Source: the human T2T-CHM13v2.0 reference genome, Homo sapiens. Taken from it: DNA of 64,000 nt. The first letter of the stretch is position 1; every line of letters starts with the position of its first letter. The stretch lies in NCBI RefSeq assembly GCF_009914755.1, contig NC_060942.1; one strand, written 5' to 3'. This document shows, one piece after another, positions 9,301-23,600 of this stretch. The notes beneath the pieces are model-generated. The model had not been told where the DNA came from, did no database searches, and saw only the letters and a list, made by a program, of their open reading frames with translations. The translations under genes were made by a program, and so were the position numbers.

Positions 9301-10709
9301 TGTGAGCAGTTTTCGCTCAGGTTATCTATATAGTATTATCAGTTCGTGGTATTCAAATCCCTCCTTGTTATCTCCCACGTGGTAATCTTTATGTTGCTGC
9401 TTTGCTGTTTTCATATCCTGCCCTTTTCTAAGGGATCACCTTTCTATTCCTTTTAAAGGGTACTGACCTCTCCCACTATCATTCAAAGCAAGAAGATGAA
9501 ACTTAAAGTGTTTTCTCCACTCTTCTTCCTCTTTTTCCTTATTTTTTATTAAAATTGTAACATAAAAATGTCACTCTGAAGAAAGCCTTGGGTTCATCAT
9601 TCCCAGCTCCCCTTCCCTGGGAGGTGAATACATTGCCTTTTAATCATGTTGGCCTTGCTTTTCCATAAGGCAATAAAAAAACAGTCTCAACAGAGGTTGC
9701 CAGTTATAACTTATGTATAAAAAATGGAATTAAAAACGTTTGATGAGGCAGAATCAGTTCCATAGGGACCCCCTCCTGTATTTCCCAAGTTTTTATTTTA
9801 TCCTTGCCCTCCTCTAGTCTCTCTTCTTAATTTTGTCTTACATGATCCTTTCTCCCAAACATAGCAGTAGGATTTTAAAGAGGCCTTCTTTCCTAATTTT
9901 CCCATTTTTTCTTCTTTCTTACCAGCTTGCCTCTGCATTTATTTTCTATTGACTCTGTACCCTGACTGTCTTCAAATATTCATTATAATTGGAAGTTGCA
10001 ATCTACCTTCTCCTCTGATGCGTCAACTGCATATGAACTGAATTCTCAGAGATTATTTCCTTTTTCTTATTGACTAGATACATGAACTGGCTTTCAGTTC
10101 ACTGTATAGTTTTCCAAATTGATTGATATTGCCAGTACAGAAGCATACCTCTGTCATCACCTTATCCTTTTTATTTAATGATTTTACCTGCCTTCATTAT
10201 TAACTGGTTTCCCCAATCATATTTCTAAACCTCCATCTCACGTTTGGATGTTAAACCCGATGCTTTCAAGGTTTAAAACTAGAGTATGCCTGTTGTGTGC
10301 AATGCTGCCTTCTGGGCACTCCCTAGAAACCCCACCCTGTCTGCCTTTTGGTGAATGTATTCAGTACCTTTAATCTTTCTCCTGTTTATTACAGTACTGA
10401 GTGTTGTGTCAACTATTAATGTACACTACTGCAACCTGACAGTGTAAATTCTGGCAGAAGCTTTTACAGGATGTAACCTGGTGGCCTCAGGGGTTCACAT
10501 TTCTCCCATCCTTCTCTGTTTATTTTTCAGAAACACTTTCAATAACCCTTTTTGTGTGGACTTCATTCAAGTTTTACTTTTTCCTGAAAGCTACCCTTGA
10601 TCTCCCACTTTTTTTTGCTTTCTGCCCTGACTCAGCCCCCCACCCAGCCCCCCACCATCAGCCTTTATATTTCTAGAGGACCCAGAGAAAGTATGTGTAT
10701 TTATTGTGG

Positions 10710-11348
10710 TGTGGCAGGCAGCTTGTAAGATGGTGCCCATGACCCCTGCTCTGGTCTTCATGCTGCTGTGTCATCCCAACTCCTGAGTGTCATCTGCACC
10801 TAGTGAATTGCTTCTGACAATTACAATATGGCAAAAATGATGGCATGCCACTCCTGAGTTTAGAGTACAAAACTTCGTTTTGCTTGCCCTCTCTCAAACT
10901 CTTCCTTCTTCCGTCTTCTTTCTCTCTCTCTTTCTTTCTCTCTCTCTCCCCCCACCCACCCCCGCCTCCATCTTCCACTCTGGCTCTTTTCACTTGCTTA
11001 CCTACCACCTGCCACATTGTGAGCTGCTCTGAAGCAGAAACCCTCCTAACGAGGAAATGAGACAAATGTGACTAACAGTCAGCAAAAAACTGAGGCTCTC
11101 AATTTCACAACCTGTGAACAAATAAACATGCCAGCAACTACTAGTGAGTTAGGAAATCGCTCCTTCTCTGGCCAAGCCCTGAGATGAGACATATTCCTCA
11201 CAGCCTTGTGAGAGACCCACAGCTATAATGCCCAGCTAAGCTGCACCCAGATTTCTGACCCTCAGAAACTATGAGATAATAAATGCTTGTTATTTCATGT
11301 CGCTTATTTTGGTGGTGATTTGTTACACACCAATAGCTAGCTAATACA
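10710..11348 (+). mobile_element. MLT1 (E/F-like) MaLR solo LTR
   Basis: TGTGGCAGGCAG...AAGATGG start, AATAAA near the 3' end, ...CTAATACA end; 5-bp TSD TGTGG/CGTGG. Confidence 0.85.
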
Positions 11349-11563
11349 CGTGGTATTATATATGTGGTTTACATATCACACTCTTTCATTAGTCAGTATA
11401 AGTAGCAACAGGGTTTTAATGAAGTAGTGAGCTCTGTTTTGCCAGGACCTAGCATAATGCCTGAACCATAATATTTGCTAAAAATGTATTTATTGAATAA
11501 ATGACCTAATGAGGACTTCTCCTTTATTTAAAACTTCATTAATCACCACTTACAATAAGTTGG

Positions 11564-12010
11564 TGTATCAGCTGGGTTTCTTGGTAACTAATTTAGGCTA
11601 ACTTAAGCAAGAAAGCAGTACAACGAAAGGAGAACAGGTAGCTTCCAGAATTGAGGAAGGCTGAAGAAGGAAATTCAGGGAATAAACAAGCAACAAGAGA
11701 GGGTAAAGTCCATCAAAGTTCAGTCAAGTTCCTGCTGCTGGGACACAGGTCAGGACATCATGCTGCAGGATGCGTGGACACTGCTGGACTTCAGATGCCA
11801 GTGCTGCCACCATGCATCATCTCCAGCTGTTCTGGCCTCTTCCCATCATTTCCCAAAGACCCTAAGTTCTGAGTGGGGCACCTGTTGGCTGAGCTGAGGT
11901 CACATACTAGTGCCTACCTGCTAGAGTGCAGAAAAAAGGACCATCTACTCACCCTTGATAAATAAAGGAGAGCCCCTGTCCTTTTCCAAAATCACCCATG
12001 GTGGTGTTTT
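11564..12010 (-). mobile_element. Old MLT1 (K/L-like) LTR fragment
   Basis: TGTATCAGCTGGGTTTCTTGG...GGCTAACTTAAGCAAGAAAG resembles the reverse-complemented 3' end of old MLT1 LTRs. Confidence 0.55.
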
Positions 12011-13039
12011 CCCCAGAACAGAAAGGGATCAGGGGCTGGCAAGTGCTCACACCATCAAACAGTAAATAAATTATTCCAGAACTCAGTAAGAAACTCACCC
12101 ATTAGAGAAGCAGCTCTTAGAAGCTTTAGTATTCTCTTCTAGGTAATTTTGTTTTTTTTTTCTTTTTAAACTTTCTCACCAAATGGATTCCCTTTTTAGC
12201 ACAAACTCTCTAAAATAATGGTCCGTGCATAAATATTAACTACTATTCCCTTCTTGCCACCCACTTGCCATCTATTATAGTCTATTTTCTAGTCAGATGT
12301 GTGAAGAAGTAAAAGAGCATGTTTATGTGATTTCTCAGGTATGAAAAGAAAGAAATTAACTTTTTTAGTCTGAAGAAATAAATTTGCCAAGCACCCAGTG
12401 CTGGACCCAGTGCCCATTGTAAAGTCAATTAATGGGATGTACCTTTCTGCCACATTTCTCCAAAACAATTTGAGCTTTTTTTCCCTGTAAGGTTTCATAT
12501 GGTATCTCTATCCTGGTGGAACTAATTTTTATAAATATTAATCTTCTCTTCACTTACCTATATTCTTAAATTATTTATTTTCAGCCCCAACAAAAACTCA
12601 CCCACTAAGACTAATCCTCATATTCTGTCTTTTTTCTTTATATTATCACTTGACATTTTTATGGGCCTCACTTCTCTCTTTTTTCTCAGATCTCTCCAAC
12701 CTTGTGCTTGGGAGAGAAGGTTGCACTAAATGATCCCCTGTGCTCGTTTCTCTGGATTTGTCTTCAGCTCCCTCCTCTACCCTCATCTTTGCTTGTGTTC
12801 CTGATGTCTTTATCTGTCAAGTGGCTGGATTTCTTTGTTTTTCTTTTTTCACCTTCTCTTTGTTTTGGCCTCGTTTTTTCTTCCTGCTCAGTCACTCCAT
12901 AGTTCTTTCTCTGCATCTTCTCATATTGTACTTCATATCTTAGTTCATCTCTATCTTAACTGAAGAACTAAGACAGTTTTTTTCCTTTTTCTTTTTCTAC
13001 TTAATTTTCTTCATGTCAACTATAGTTTTTAACCATACA

Positions 13040-13370
13040 TCATTAAATCAACACACACTTACATATTTATTTTGTGACTGGAACTGCATGATGGGATAAG
13101 GGGGGCGGGCAAAAGAATACATCAGAATTCTGCCCTCAGGAGCGCAGGGCCTAGCAAAGAAGGAAAATGGCTATAAAAACTGTAATAAAATGAGATATGC
13201 ACCATCCCGATGGGATTACCAAAATATTTGAGAGCACGACAAATGGAGAGACTGTGCATAAGAAGGCTGAAGTGGGCTTCACAGAAGAGGTGGCATTCAA
13301 CCTGGGTCTTGAAGGATGGGTAGAGTCTTGCCAAACAGAAATGGGGAAAGCTATTTCAGGCTCCATGTTT
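13040..13370 (-). mobile_element. L2 LINE fragment
   Basis: CTGCCCTCAGGAG...GGCTTCACAGAAGAGGTGGCATT...GGGTCTTGAAGGATG, typical L2 3' region. Confidence 0.6.
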
Positions 13371-13529
13371 CCAGGCAAATAGGTTGCTTCATCCTTCTCT
13401 TTCTCACATTTGTAATGTTTCTCAGCACACGTAAGGATACAATATCTCCTCTGTCATACAGATTTATGTCCAGCTACTGTTTCCAAATAAATATTGCCTT
13501 TGACTCAATTAGCACAAAGCTCAGTCACA

Positions 13530-13887
<358 letters not shown>

Positions 13888-13929
13888 TTATTTCAAAACA
13901 AACTTTTGGAAAAGTGGCCCGCTTCTAAA

Positions 13930-13931
<2 letters not shown>

Positions 13932-13962
<31 letters not shown>
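13932..13962 (+). repeat. (AC)15 microsatellite
   Basis: Direct reading. Confidence 0.97.
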
Positions 13963-13965
<3 letters not shown>

Positions 13966-14879
13966 CTAGACTTTCTGGAATTTTAATAATCTATCTTGAA
14001 TCATACAGTCTATTCACTTTAAAGCCGAGAGAGATCTAAGGGGCATGAGAACTGACTTTATGCTTCTTGTTTACTGATACGGAAACAAAGTCTCTGATGC
14101 TAAGGGATTTGCTCCAAGTCACAGTTAGTTCACAGAAGAATCATCCTTAATTGTTTTATAAAAAGATGTATAACATAATTGTAACAAGGGCCATTGCAGG
14201 TGTTTCCATATTGTTGATAAATCATTTGGTCTTCCTCATATTAGAAACAATATGAGATACATTTTTGCTAACTTTTTTTATTGTTGACTTTAGCACCTCT
14301 GCAGACTTAGAGAATTGATACATACCCAAAGTTGCCCTTTCTTGCCTTTGTTTTTTCAGGTAGTTATTTCTCTTATCCTAGGTCATCCCACACCTATGAC
14401 TTTATTCCTCTCTTTTTGTGGTGGTTTATGATTTGCTTCCTGATTTTTTTTCCCCACTTGCTATTTAGAACCTTCTCAGGCCCCTCCAGAATGATCCTCC
14501 TGCCCTGCCTGGGCTGAGCTCGTCATGATCCACCATTCCTCCCCATGCTGGTGCCCTGACCACCCTTTTGTGCCTCTGCCAAGCCCTACAGAGGGCAGGA
14601 GAGAAAGGATCCCTTGTAAGACAGCTCCAGATGCTCCCTTCACTTCAGCCCTGTGATTCCTTCTTAGACAGAAGTTATATTCCTGTTTTTAGAAGGACCC
14701 ACACAAAGTTTTCGTTTTTAAAAATGATTTGGGGGTAGCATATAAATATGGCAGTAATGAATACACAACTTAAAATGTGTACATAGATTCCTTTATCATA
14801 ATAACATTCTTAGATTTATTTCTTCATCTCTCTAGAGACACATTTATCCATTTCTATCTCAGTATCTAGAACTTGACAT

Positions 14880-15745
14880 TTACGAGATCAGCTTCAGGTG
14901 GTTAGAGCAGTCTTTTAAAAAATACCAATCGGATCATGTCACTCCTTGTCTAAAATCCTCCATTGCTTTTCCATTGCATTTAGACCGAAACCTAGGCCCC
15001 TGACCACAGCACGTATGACCCTGCAAGATATGGCCCCTGCACCTATCTGACTTCCTGCCCTTCAATTCGCCTCTCCTGCCTCACTCAGCTCGTGCTACAC
15101 TGACCTTTCCATTCCTTAAACATACCAAGCTACTTCTCACTCCAGGGCCTTTGCACTTACAGTGCTCTCTGCCCAAAAGGAGCAACCCCCAGAGCTTTGC
15201 CTGGCTGCTTCTTCCCAGCATCCAGCACCCTCTCTACTTACTCCATAACACATCACTTCTGTTCTGTTTTCCTCGTGGTACTTATCATTAGCTGAAATTA
15301 CTTTGTCCGTTTATTTATTTTTTGTTGTATTCTCCCTCTAGAATAACACTGTCCAGTGGAACTATCTGCAATAATGGAAATGGTCTCTATCATGCACAGT
15401 GTAGTGGCCACTAGCTACAGGTGGCTATTGAGCATTTGAAATGTGACTAGTGAGACTGAGGTACTACATTTTAAAATGTAATTGAGTTGATTATTTAATA
15501 TTTAATTGATTATTTAGTTGATTATTTAATAATTATTTAAATATTTCTCTTATTATGTATTTAGTTTTAAATTTTATTTAATTTAAATATCTACATATGG
15601 CTAGTAGCTACATTATTAGATAGCACAGCTATAGAATATCAGCTCCCTGAAAGCAAGAACTTCTCCTTCTTGATTGCCCTTGAATCTCCAGCTTCTGGAA
15701 TAGCAACTTGTACATAGTAGGTATTCAATAACTGTTTTTTGACTG
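14880..15745 (+). mobile_element. L2 3' end, split by a MER3 insertion
   Basis: GATCATGTCACTCC...CAGGGCCTTTGCAC...CTCTAGAA|...AGCTCCCTGAAAGCA...ACATAGTAGGTATTCAATAA. Confidence 0.75.
15344..15628. mobile_element. MER3 hAT-Charlie MITE with expanded AT-rich interior
   Basis: CTGTCCA...GGCCACTAGCTACAGGTGGCTATTGAGCATTTGAAATGTG...ATTAGATAGCACAG; 8-bp TSD CTCTAGAA/CTATAGAA. Confidence 0.85.
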
Positions 15746-15842
15746 ACCAGAAATGTTTTTGTTTTTGTTTAAAATAAACTCAGTTCAAAGAAAAAAAAAG
15801 GAGGTTTCTGCAAAATTCATGACGTTCATGCAAATCACATGA

Positions 15843-16286
15843 TATATCAGTCAACTATTACCACAATAATGCTGCATAACAAGCTACCTTCAAATCCAGA
15901 GCTTTCAAATGGCAATAATTTATTCTTGCTCGAATAGCTCTATGTCAGCTTGGGTTCAGTGAATCTAATCTGGGCTTGACTCCAAGGGGCAGGCTGGGTC
16001 CGGACCTGTGCCATATGTCTCTCATCCTCCTTACACCAGCAAATTAACAGGGGCACTTTCTCTTTATAGCTATGGCAGAGGCACAAGAAGACAAGCCCAA
16101 CGATGAAGCCTATTTTAAGCCCCTGCTTATGTCATAAATGCTAACATCTCGTTTGCTGAAGCAAGTCACATGGGTGAGTCCAAAGTCAAGGGAAAGGAAA
16201 GCACACTGCCTTGAGGTGGGGTGACATGGCAAAGGATGTATATACAGCATGAACGAAAAATTAAGGCCAATGCTCCAATCCACCAT
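15843..16286 (-). mobile_element. MLT1 (H-like) solo LTR
   Basis: TATATCAGTCAACTATTACCACAATAATGCTGCATAAC...GCAAGTCACATGG...AATCCACCA. Confidence 0.7.
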
Positions 16287-17949
16287 GTCTTTTAGAAGAG
16301 TCTCATATAAAAGATATGATTACAAATTGAGTTCCCATAGGATTAAATAAAATATTTTTTCAAGGTTTAGCTAGAACATACATAACATAACACACAGATG
16401 CCCCACACAGAGAAATGAATGTATGCTAAAGAAACAAACAAGCATTTTTCTGGGGACTCCAATTGAGATCAATAAATTCATGTGAGGAGAAGGCACATTT
16501 GGGAATTTTGTGAATGATGTGTATAAGAAAGTACACAGTGATATCTCTAAGCCTCATGATAGCAAGGGGGAAGTCCTGATCCACTGAAGATCGCTGAGAC
16601 CACAAAAGTTGGCCCCAATGAGTGGCATATAGATTTCAATGTCAGAGTTGTAAGGCAATGTGTCTTCTGTAGAAACAGTGGTTCAAACATTTATTTTACA
16701 TGAAAGATTATTGGTTCTAGAAAGTCATTAGCATCTAGAAAAGGTATGTAGTATGCTGGCACATCTGCTCTCTTGGGGTTGTGGGGAAAAGCCTTGATTT
16801 GTGACGGTTGACAATTTCTGTGGTGGAAATACTCCCATCATTTCCATTTTCAAACTATCGATGTGTAATGTCACAGAATGCTGAGTTGGAAAGAGATGAG
16901 TAGAAGTGGCTCCAGGAGCTGGTCCAAGCTGGTGCCAGCACACCACCAAAGAGGTTCCTATGTGCTGTTCCACAGACACGAGTATGTTTTGTGCAGCTTT
17001 ATCCAAGAAGTGAACAAAATACTAGAAAATACCAGCAAACCCTTTTATAAAGTCATTGGGCATCTCCTGCTGAAATATTGCTGCAATTCTGGTTGTTCCA
17101 CTTTAATAAAAACCTAACAGAGCAGGAACAGGTCAGGGAAAAGGCAAATAAAATAAAATAATGATAGAAGGATTTCTGCAGGGCAGTGTTAGCCCAGGCA
17201 GTGCCATAGTGTGAATTACATGGAGGTGTCCTCCCTGGTGGACATAACCCCACACCCCCTCACCTGGGGAGGAGCATGCCAGCTGGATTTGAGCCAACAC
17301 TCACCTCCTCAGCCGGCTCCCTTGTGCAGACCAATCTGTACAGCCACAAGGGTTGGCCCACTGCTTCTGTAAAGGGTTAGGATAGTTTTCTTTGGCCTAG
17401 AAAGATCTGAATGGTGAGCAACTAGTCACATGATAACATTGTTTAAAATTGTAAAAGATAATGTAAAATATATATAGACACATACACACAGAGAGATTGG
17501 GAAGGAGAGAGAGAGATAAAGAAGAGTTTTGCTTATTCAACTTTGGAACACTAAAATTAGGGACACACTTTGAAATTGAATCTGCAGTGTTACAGTACAA
17601 AAAAACTTTTAAGCAATTGTTACTTTTTACAAATAAACCTTTGAAAGTTATACTCCTAGATTATAAACTAAAATGTATATCTTCTAAGGAAGAGTTCCAA
17701 TGGCCAAGGATAGAGAAAAAGAAGACTTCATCATTCAAAATATAATTCAGTATTTTAAAATTCATATGCACATGACCTTGAGTCTAAATCCCAGAATCCT
17801 GATGATCCATTCCTGTTGCATGCCCATGCCTACCTCTCTGGGACTCTGCTCCTGCGAGGTTCCCAATGCCACCCATCTTTCCTGAATCATCAGTTTTTCT
17901 CCGTCTTCTCTCCCTCCTTGGCTACCCTGCAGCATCCAGCTCTGATGCC

Positions 17950-18790
17950 CACTCACTCCCTGGAATTCAACACAGAATTCATAGAGAGCTTATTATGTGT
18001 CAGGCACTGTATAAAGTCACAAGGAAATAAAAATCATGTCCCTCAATTAGGGTAGATAGGCATGTAAATAAGTAGTTTCCCAATAGTATGATAAGTACAA
18101 AGAGATGCAGCTTCTTGATCCTTCAGGAGTGTGTAGAATAGGGCAACTAACACCATTTGGATATAGAGAAGCAGGGATTTCCTTCCTAAGAAAGAACCTG
18201 GGTTTAAACGATGGCCAAAAGTTTTGCTTTCCAGATAATATAGAAGACATGATATTCCAAATACAGGGGGTACAATATACAAAGGATGAAGATGTGAACA
18301 GGCATAGACTTACAAGTAGTCTGGAACTGCAGAGTGAGAAGGGTGAATGGAAGTGCAGGAGGTAAGGCTGTACTGGGAGGCAGGACAGGAGCAGGAACAG
18401 GAGCCCCTGAAGGATGGAAGCAGGGAGATAATAGGATCAGATTTGTGCTTTGGAAAGATCCCTATGGTAGGATGTAGAGAAGGGGGAAAGAGAAAGGCAG
18501 AGTCTAGACTAGTCAGGGGACTATTAAAGTGAGCCAGGCCCTGGAGGGCCAGGGCTCTAATTATGGGACTTGTCAGTGGCCATACAGTTGTAGGTCACTC
18601 AGGGGAAATCTAGGGGTTGAACTTAACCTTGGGGGGTGGTTGGGTGGGAGACGAAGGAAGGAATGATGACTCCCAGATCCCTGGCTTGGGTGGAACAGCA
18701 AATGGAAATATCATCAACTGAGTTACAGTCTAGCAGAGGCAGAACAGGTGTTGAGGAGGCAGTGAGCTTGGTTTGGTTTTGGACTTGCTG
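17950..18790 (-). mobile_element. L2 LINE fragment
   Basis: TTATTATGTGTCAGGCACTG...ATCAGATTTGTGCTTTGGAAAGATCCCT...GATGACTCCCAGATCCCTGGCTTGGG. Confidence 0.65.
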
Positions 18791-18812
18791 ATATGAGCAA
18801 TGTTCTAGATTG

Positions 18813-19332
18813 CAGCAGTCCCCAACCATTTTGGCACCAAGGACCAGTTTTGTAGAAGACAACTTTTCCAGACTGGGGTGGGGGGAATAGTTTTGGGATT
18901 ATTCAAGTGCATGACATTTATTGTTCACTTTATTTCTATTATTATTGCATGGTAATATATAATGAAATAATTATACAACTCACCATAATGTAGAATCAAT
19001 GGGAGCCCTGAGCTTGTTTTCCTGGAACTAGATAGTCCCATTTGGGGGTGATGAGAGACAGTGACAGATCATCAGGCATTAGATTCTCATAAGGAGCTGG
19101 CAACCTAGATCCCTTATATAGACAGTTCACAATAGGCTTAGTGCTTCTATAAGAATCTAATGCCGCTGCTGATTTGACAGGAGGCAGAGCTCAGACAGTA
19201 AGGTGAGCAATGGGGAGTGGCTGTAAATACAGATGAAGCTTCACTCCTTTACCCACCACTCACCTCCTTTTGTGTGGCCTGGTTTCTAACAGTACCAGTA
19301 CTGATCTGTGGCCTAGGGGTTGGGGACCCCTA
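18813..19332. mobile_element. MER1A hAT-Charlie DNA transposon
   Basis: TIRs CAGCAGTCCCCAACC...GGTTGGGGACCCCTA, diagnostic interior (CAGGCATTAGATTCTCATAAGGAG), ~520 bp, degenerate 8-bp TSD CTAGATTG/CCATATTG. Confidence 0.88.
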
Positions 19333-20339
19333 CCATATTGGATACTAACAGAAGAAGATTTAAAAATCTGAGCTTTGCCCCTTAATTGCCTGTTGTGCCC
19401 TAGGCAAATTGTATCACTTCTCTGGGCTTCAATTTTCTTACCTGTAAAGCTTGGGACAATGCCTGGCATGTAATATTTCCATATTATCTGATTTCTCCAA
19501 CAACCCTGTGAGGTATGGATGAGTATGCTTAGCCTAAAGAAACTGAAGCACCAAATGACTTGCAGAATTATAGTTGTGTATATAAAATCACTTTGTAAGA
19601 TGAAATTCTTTATATGCTACTGTAGTTTTTTCATTCTGTTGTAGTCACTGCTACAACAATTCACATATAACTGGTCTTTAGTTGTCCCATGCATAATAAT
19701 GATTTTCAGTTTCATGATAACCTGAGAACAAAGACTGGTCCTAACTATCATTTATGCAGAGCAGTAAGAACACAGTAGATTCTCAATTCATGCTTATTGA
19801 TGGATTGAGCCTATGGAAATTGACTAGCTGATCAACTGGAGCTTTCTTTCGTTGTTTGTTCTACCGTCATCTGTCTCGGAATGGCTTTTGCCCCAAGGGA
19901 AGAAAAACAGAATTCTTGATTTAATATGCAGTATAGCATATTAAATATTAGATAATCTATGCATGGACCATTTTATACATTAGTAGACATCACAATATTC
20001 TGGATTGACCATGTTTTGAAATGGAACACTATAAAGCTGGAAATTAAGAAATATTCTTTTCAATTTATGTTGGCAGTAAACAGAGTAATATGATCATGCT
20101 GAAAATGTCCTGGCTCTGCTACAGAATAAAAAGTTGTTTTTAAAAAACTGACAACTTTGAGCACAAGGCAGTTTCTGTTTTTACTTTACCCTCAAGAACT
20201 CATTGCACCAAGAGCATGAACCCATGAGAGTAATAAAATAATTATAGCTTTATTTTACTATATTCTTACACTTAATTTGATCCACTAATGTCTGCCTAAT
20301 TCAGGTAGAAAAAAAATGAAACTGGCTGGATAAAGCTGA

Positions 20340-20643
<304 letters not shown>

Positions 20644-23600
20644 CATATTTCTTAATAAAATTTCCTTCAACAATCTTAACACTGAGTGCACTAGTAAACC
20701 CAACATTCACCAATAAAACACCCTCAAATAATATTTTAAAAGAATGTATCCATTTACCAAGTATTGCTTTATTCTGAACACCTTGTGTCTGTGTGCGACC
20801 ACTGAGAACGACAATTGTAGGAGTTAGGCAAATAGCACTTGATTTCGGAGTGTTAATAAGAATTGACAATCTTTTCTCTTTTTTTGGAGGGAGAAAGAAA
20901 TATAAGGATTTGAAAGGAGAACTGTAAACCCAGTTCAGTACAGAAATCTGTACAGAGATTTCATTTTTGAAATGTATCCAGTGCAAGGGTTAAATGAAAG
21001 CAAAGCAGTCACTTTAACCGTGTTTTTGAAGAAAATAAAACAGCTTGATGTAAGTTAAATGAAGGGAGTCTATGACTTAAAAGAAATGGACAGATAGAGA
21101 AAAAGGTCACCAGATTAAATTTTCCCTGAGGGAAAAGTCCTTCTTTGGAATCATTAACCTCCTTCTAGGTCACTCCTGAAAAAACAGCAGGAAATCCTCC
21201 TGCGCCGGGAAAGATGGGTGCATCCCGGCTGCCCACTGACCTGGGAGGCAGCCCTGGAGTCTCCCAGTTCCCCTTCAGGCGTGCTTGATTTTAAGACCTC
21301 TGTTTTAAAGAAACAAGATCTCTTGTTTTTGAGCTCTGAAATCATAAAATATAAAGTATTTTTTTAACTTGAAAAATCTAATGCTGTTTCCCATAGACAA
21401 AGGAAATACACAAAAAAGGATAGCAGTTGTCTCAAAATTGCAGTGATTTTGTCAGGTTTTTTTTTTCCTTCTGATTGCCCCAAGCTTTATATAAGATTTT
21501 CTTATATTTTAATTTTTAAAAAGCTATTTGTTCTTTGCTTTAAAAATATGTAGTTCTTCTATATCTGTATAGGTTGTTGTTGTTGTTGTTAACTATATCA
21601 AGAGGGTGTTCCTGAATGGAGCAGGGAAGCTTTTTACTTAGTGTGTATTGACTGTTCTTTCAACATATTTTCCACAATTTCTGTTATTTATATACTGATT
21701 TATAAAAAGAGGACATAGGTATATTAATAAAGAACTTGTGAGACTAAAATGAAATTTATTTTTTGAAACTCCCAAAATGAAATACAGATATGTCCTAGCT
21801 AAATTATTTTTAAATATCTCTCTCTTCAATGTCTTTTTTTCTACACTGAATTAAGAATAATTAACAATGTACGGTTGTTTAAACAACATTTAGTTAAAAC
21901 AAATCTGATTTGTAAACTACAAACTAATTTTGAACCCCAAGCTTTCCTGTCATAATGGACCACCGAGTAAAACACCATGTTAAAAACGAGATTTGGCTAA
22001 TTACAATGCATGAAACAGGAGAATAAACCAGTAAGACTAAAAGCTCTGAAGGGTACAGGAACCCACTGTGAGGTTCCCCCCAACCTTTGATGCCTAAATC
22101 AGTACTAAGAAAAGGGAAAAAAAAATATTTTTAAGAGTTTCAAGGGAAAGAAAGATTCATAAACCACTCACTGCTATATAGCAAAACATGAAAAATGCTC
22201 CGTCCAAGTTTTGCAGGTGATTTGTATATGCTTTTCCAGATTGGTTCTAAAGCAAAAGAGAGCAACGATTTTAAAAGACAGTGAGGCAATTTCGCAGTCC
22301 CTGGAGAATAAAGAGAAACTGAAGCATCAGTGAGAAAGAAAACTAAAATGCACTTTGTGAATCCTGACACAGCCTAGATGTTGGCACGGGGCTTCGGCTA
22401 AACTCAGGTACCGCAGGACTCATTACCTTTTCGCTCATGTTCACACGTTGATTGAATGGCCAAGAAGTAAGAATCTTAGTGTGCATGTAAGTAACTTATT
22501 ATGTAACATAAATTGGGTACAAAGGTAACAATTTCCTGACTGGGGTATGGTAAGAAAAAGAATTGTATGGCTCACTGTTTTCTAGCCAAAACGCATTTCT
22601 GAAGCAGGAAATCAAAAACACATCACAAACCTTACAACTAGACTAAACACATTAAATCTGCTGATATTAGTAACTGTCACGAGGCTGTCAGGCTCAGGGA
22701 GCTGCAGCTACTGACAGCTACCCACTCCCTACCTCTAACACACTTTTCTCAGATTCTTTGCTGAAGAAAAGTGAACAAATATTCCATTGTTGCTGCTGTT
22801 TATTAAAATGGTCCCCTGGAATTCCCTGCAGACACTGCTTAAACAAAAATAACGAATGGGACACCGATTTGATGCACAACACAGATCTGAACTGAGAAGC
22901 AAACTAAAAGGTTTCAAGTGACATAGGCCAGAACACGTCTAAGTACCCCCCCCAAAATAAATCACTAAAATGTCCATTCTCTAAGCTTCCTTTGTTTTCA
23001 TTTGCTTCGAAATGCATCTTACTAGCTCTTCACTCATTTTACCTTAATTTCACCTTTCTCCTTCAATAGCAAAATCAAATCGTTTTAAAATTCTGAGGAT
23101 CTAAAAGATACCCGGCCACCCCCACCCCAAAAGAATATTGGTTCTGTTTCAGACGGACTTCTTAGATTGCTGAGGCTTCATGAAGTTTAGATCTAAATGG
23201 CTTTTTAATATAAGGCTTATATTTCTTTCCTGTCAACTTCAATATGAAGGGCAGATGTCTTTTAACATCAGTTAATTGTTGGCAGAGTATCTGACTCATT
23301 TATTCACAATGCCAGACTTATTGCTTGCTAGCTGACTTCTTTGTTTACAGGGATTTCTTTCCCACTGCCCACCAACCGGAAGCCCACTTTTTCATCTGGT
23401 ACTAGATTAAGGAAAATGTAGGAATGTGCCTAATAAGGGGACATATTGTACTCAGAGGCAGGTTTGCCATGGTTATCCGCCTTTCTTCAGAAGCCACCAT
23501 CAAGAAAATGCATATTGAACATTGTCCAACGCTTCAGGCTATGTGGAGTTAAAACAACTGTAAAGGTGCCGATTGTCACCTCCTAAAAAACCTTAAGGAC

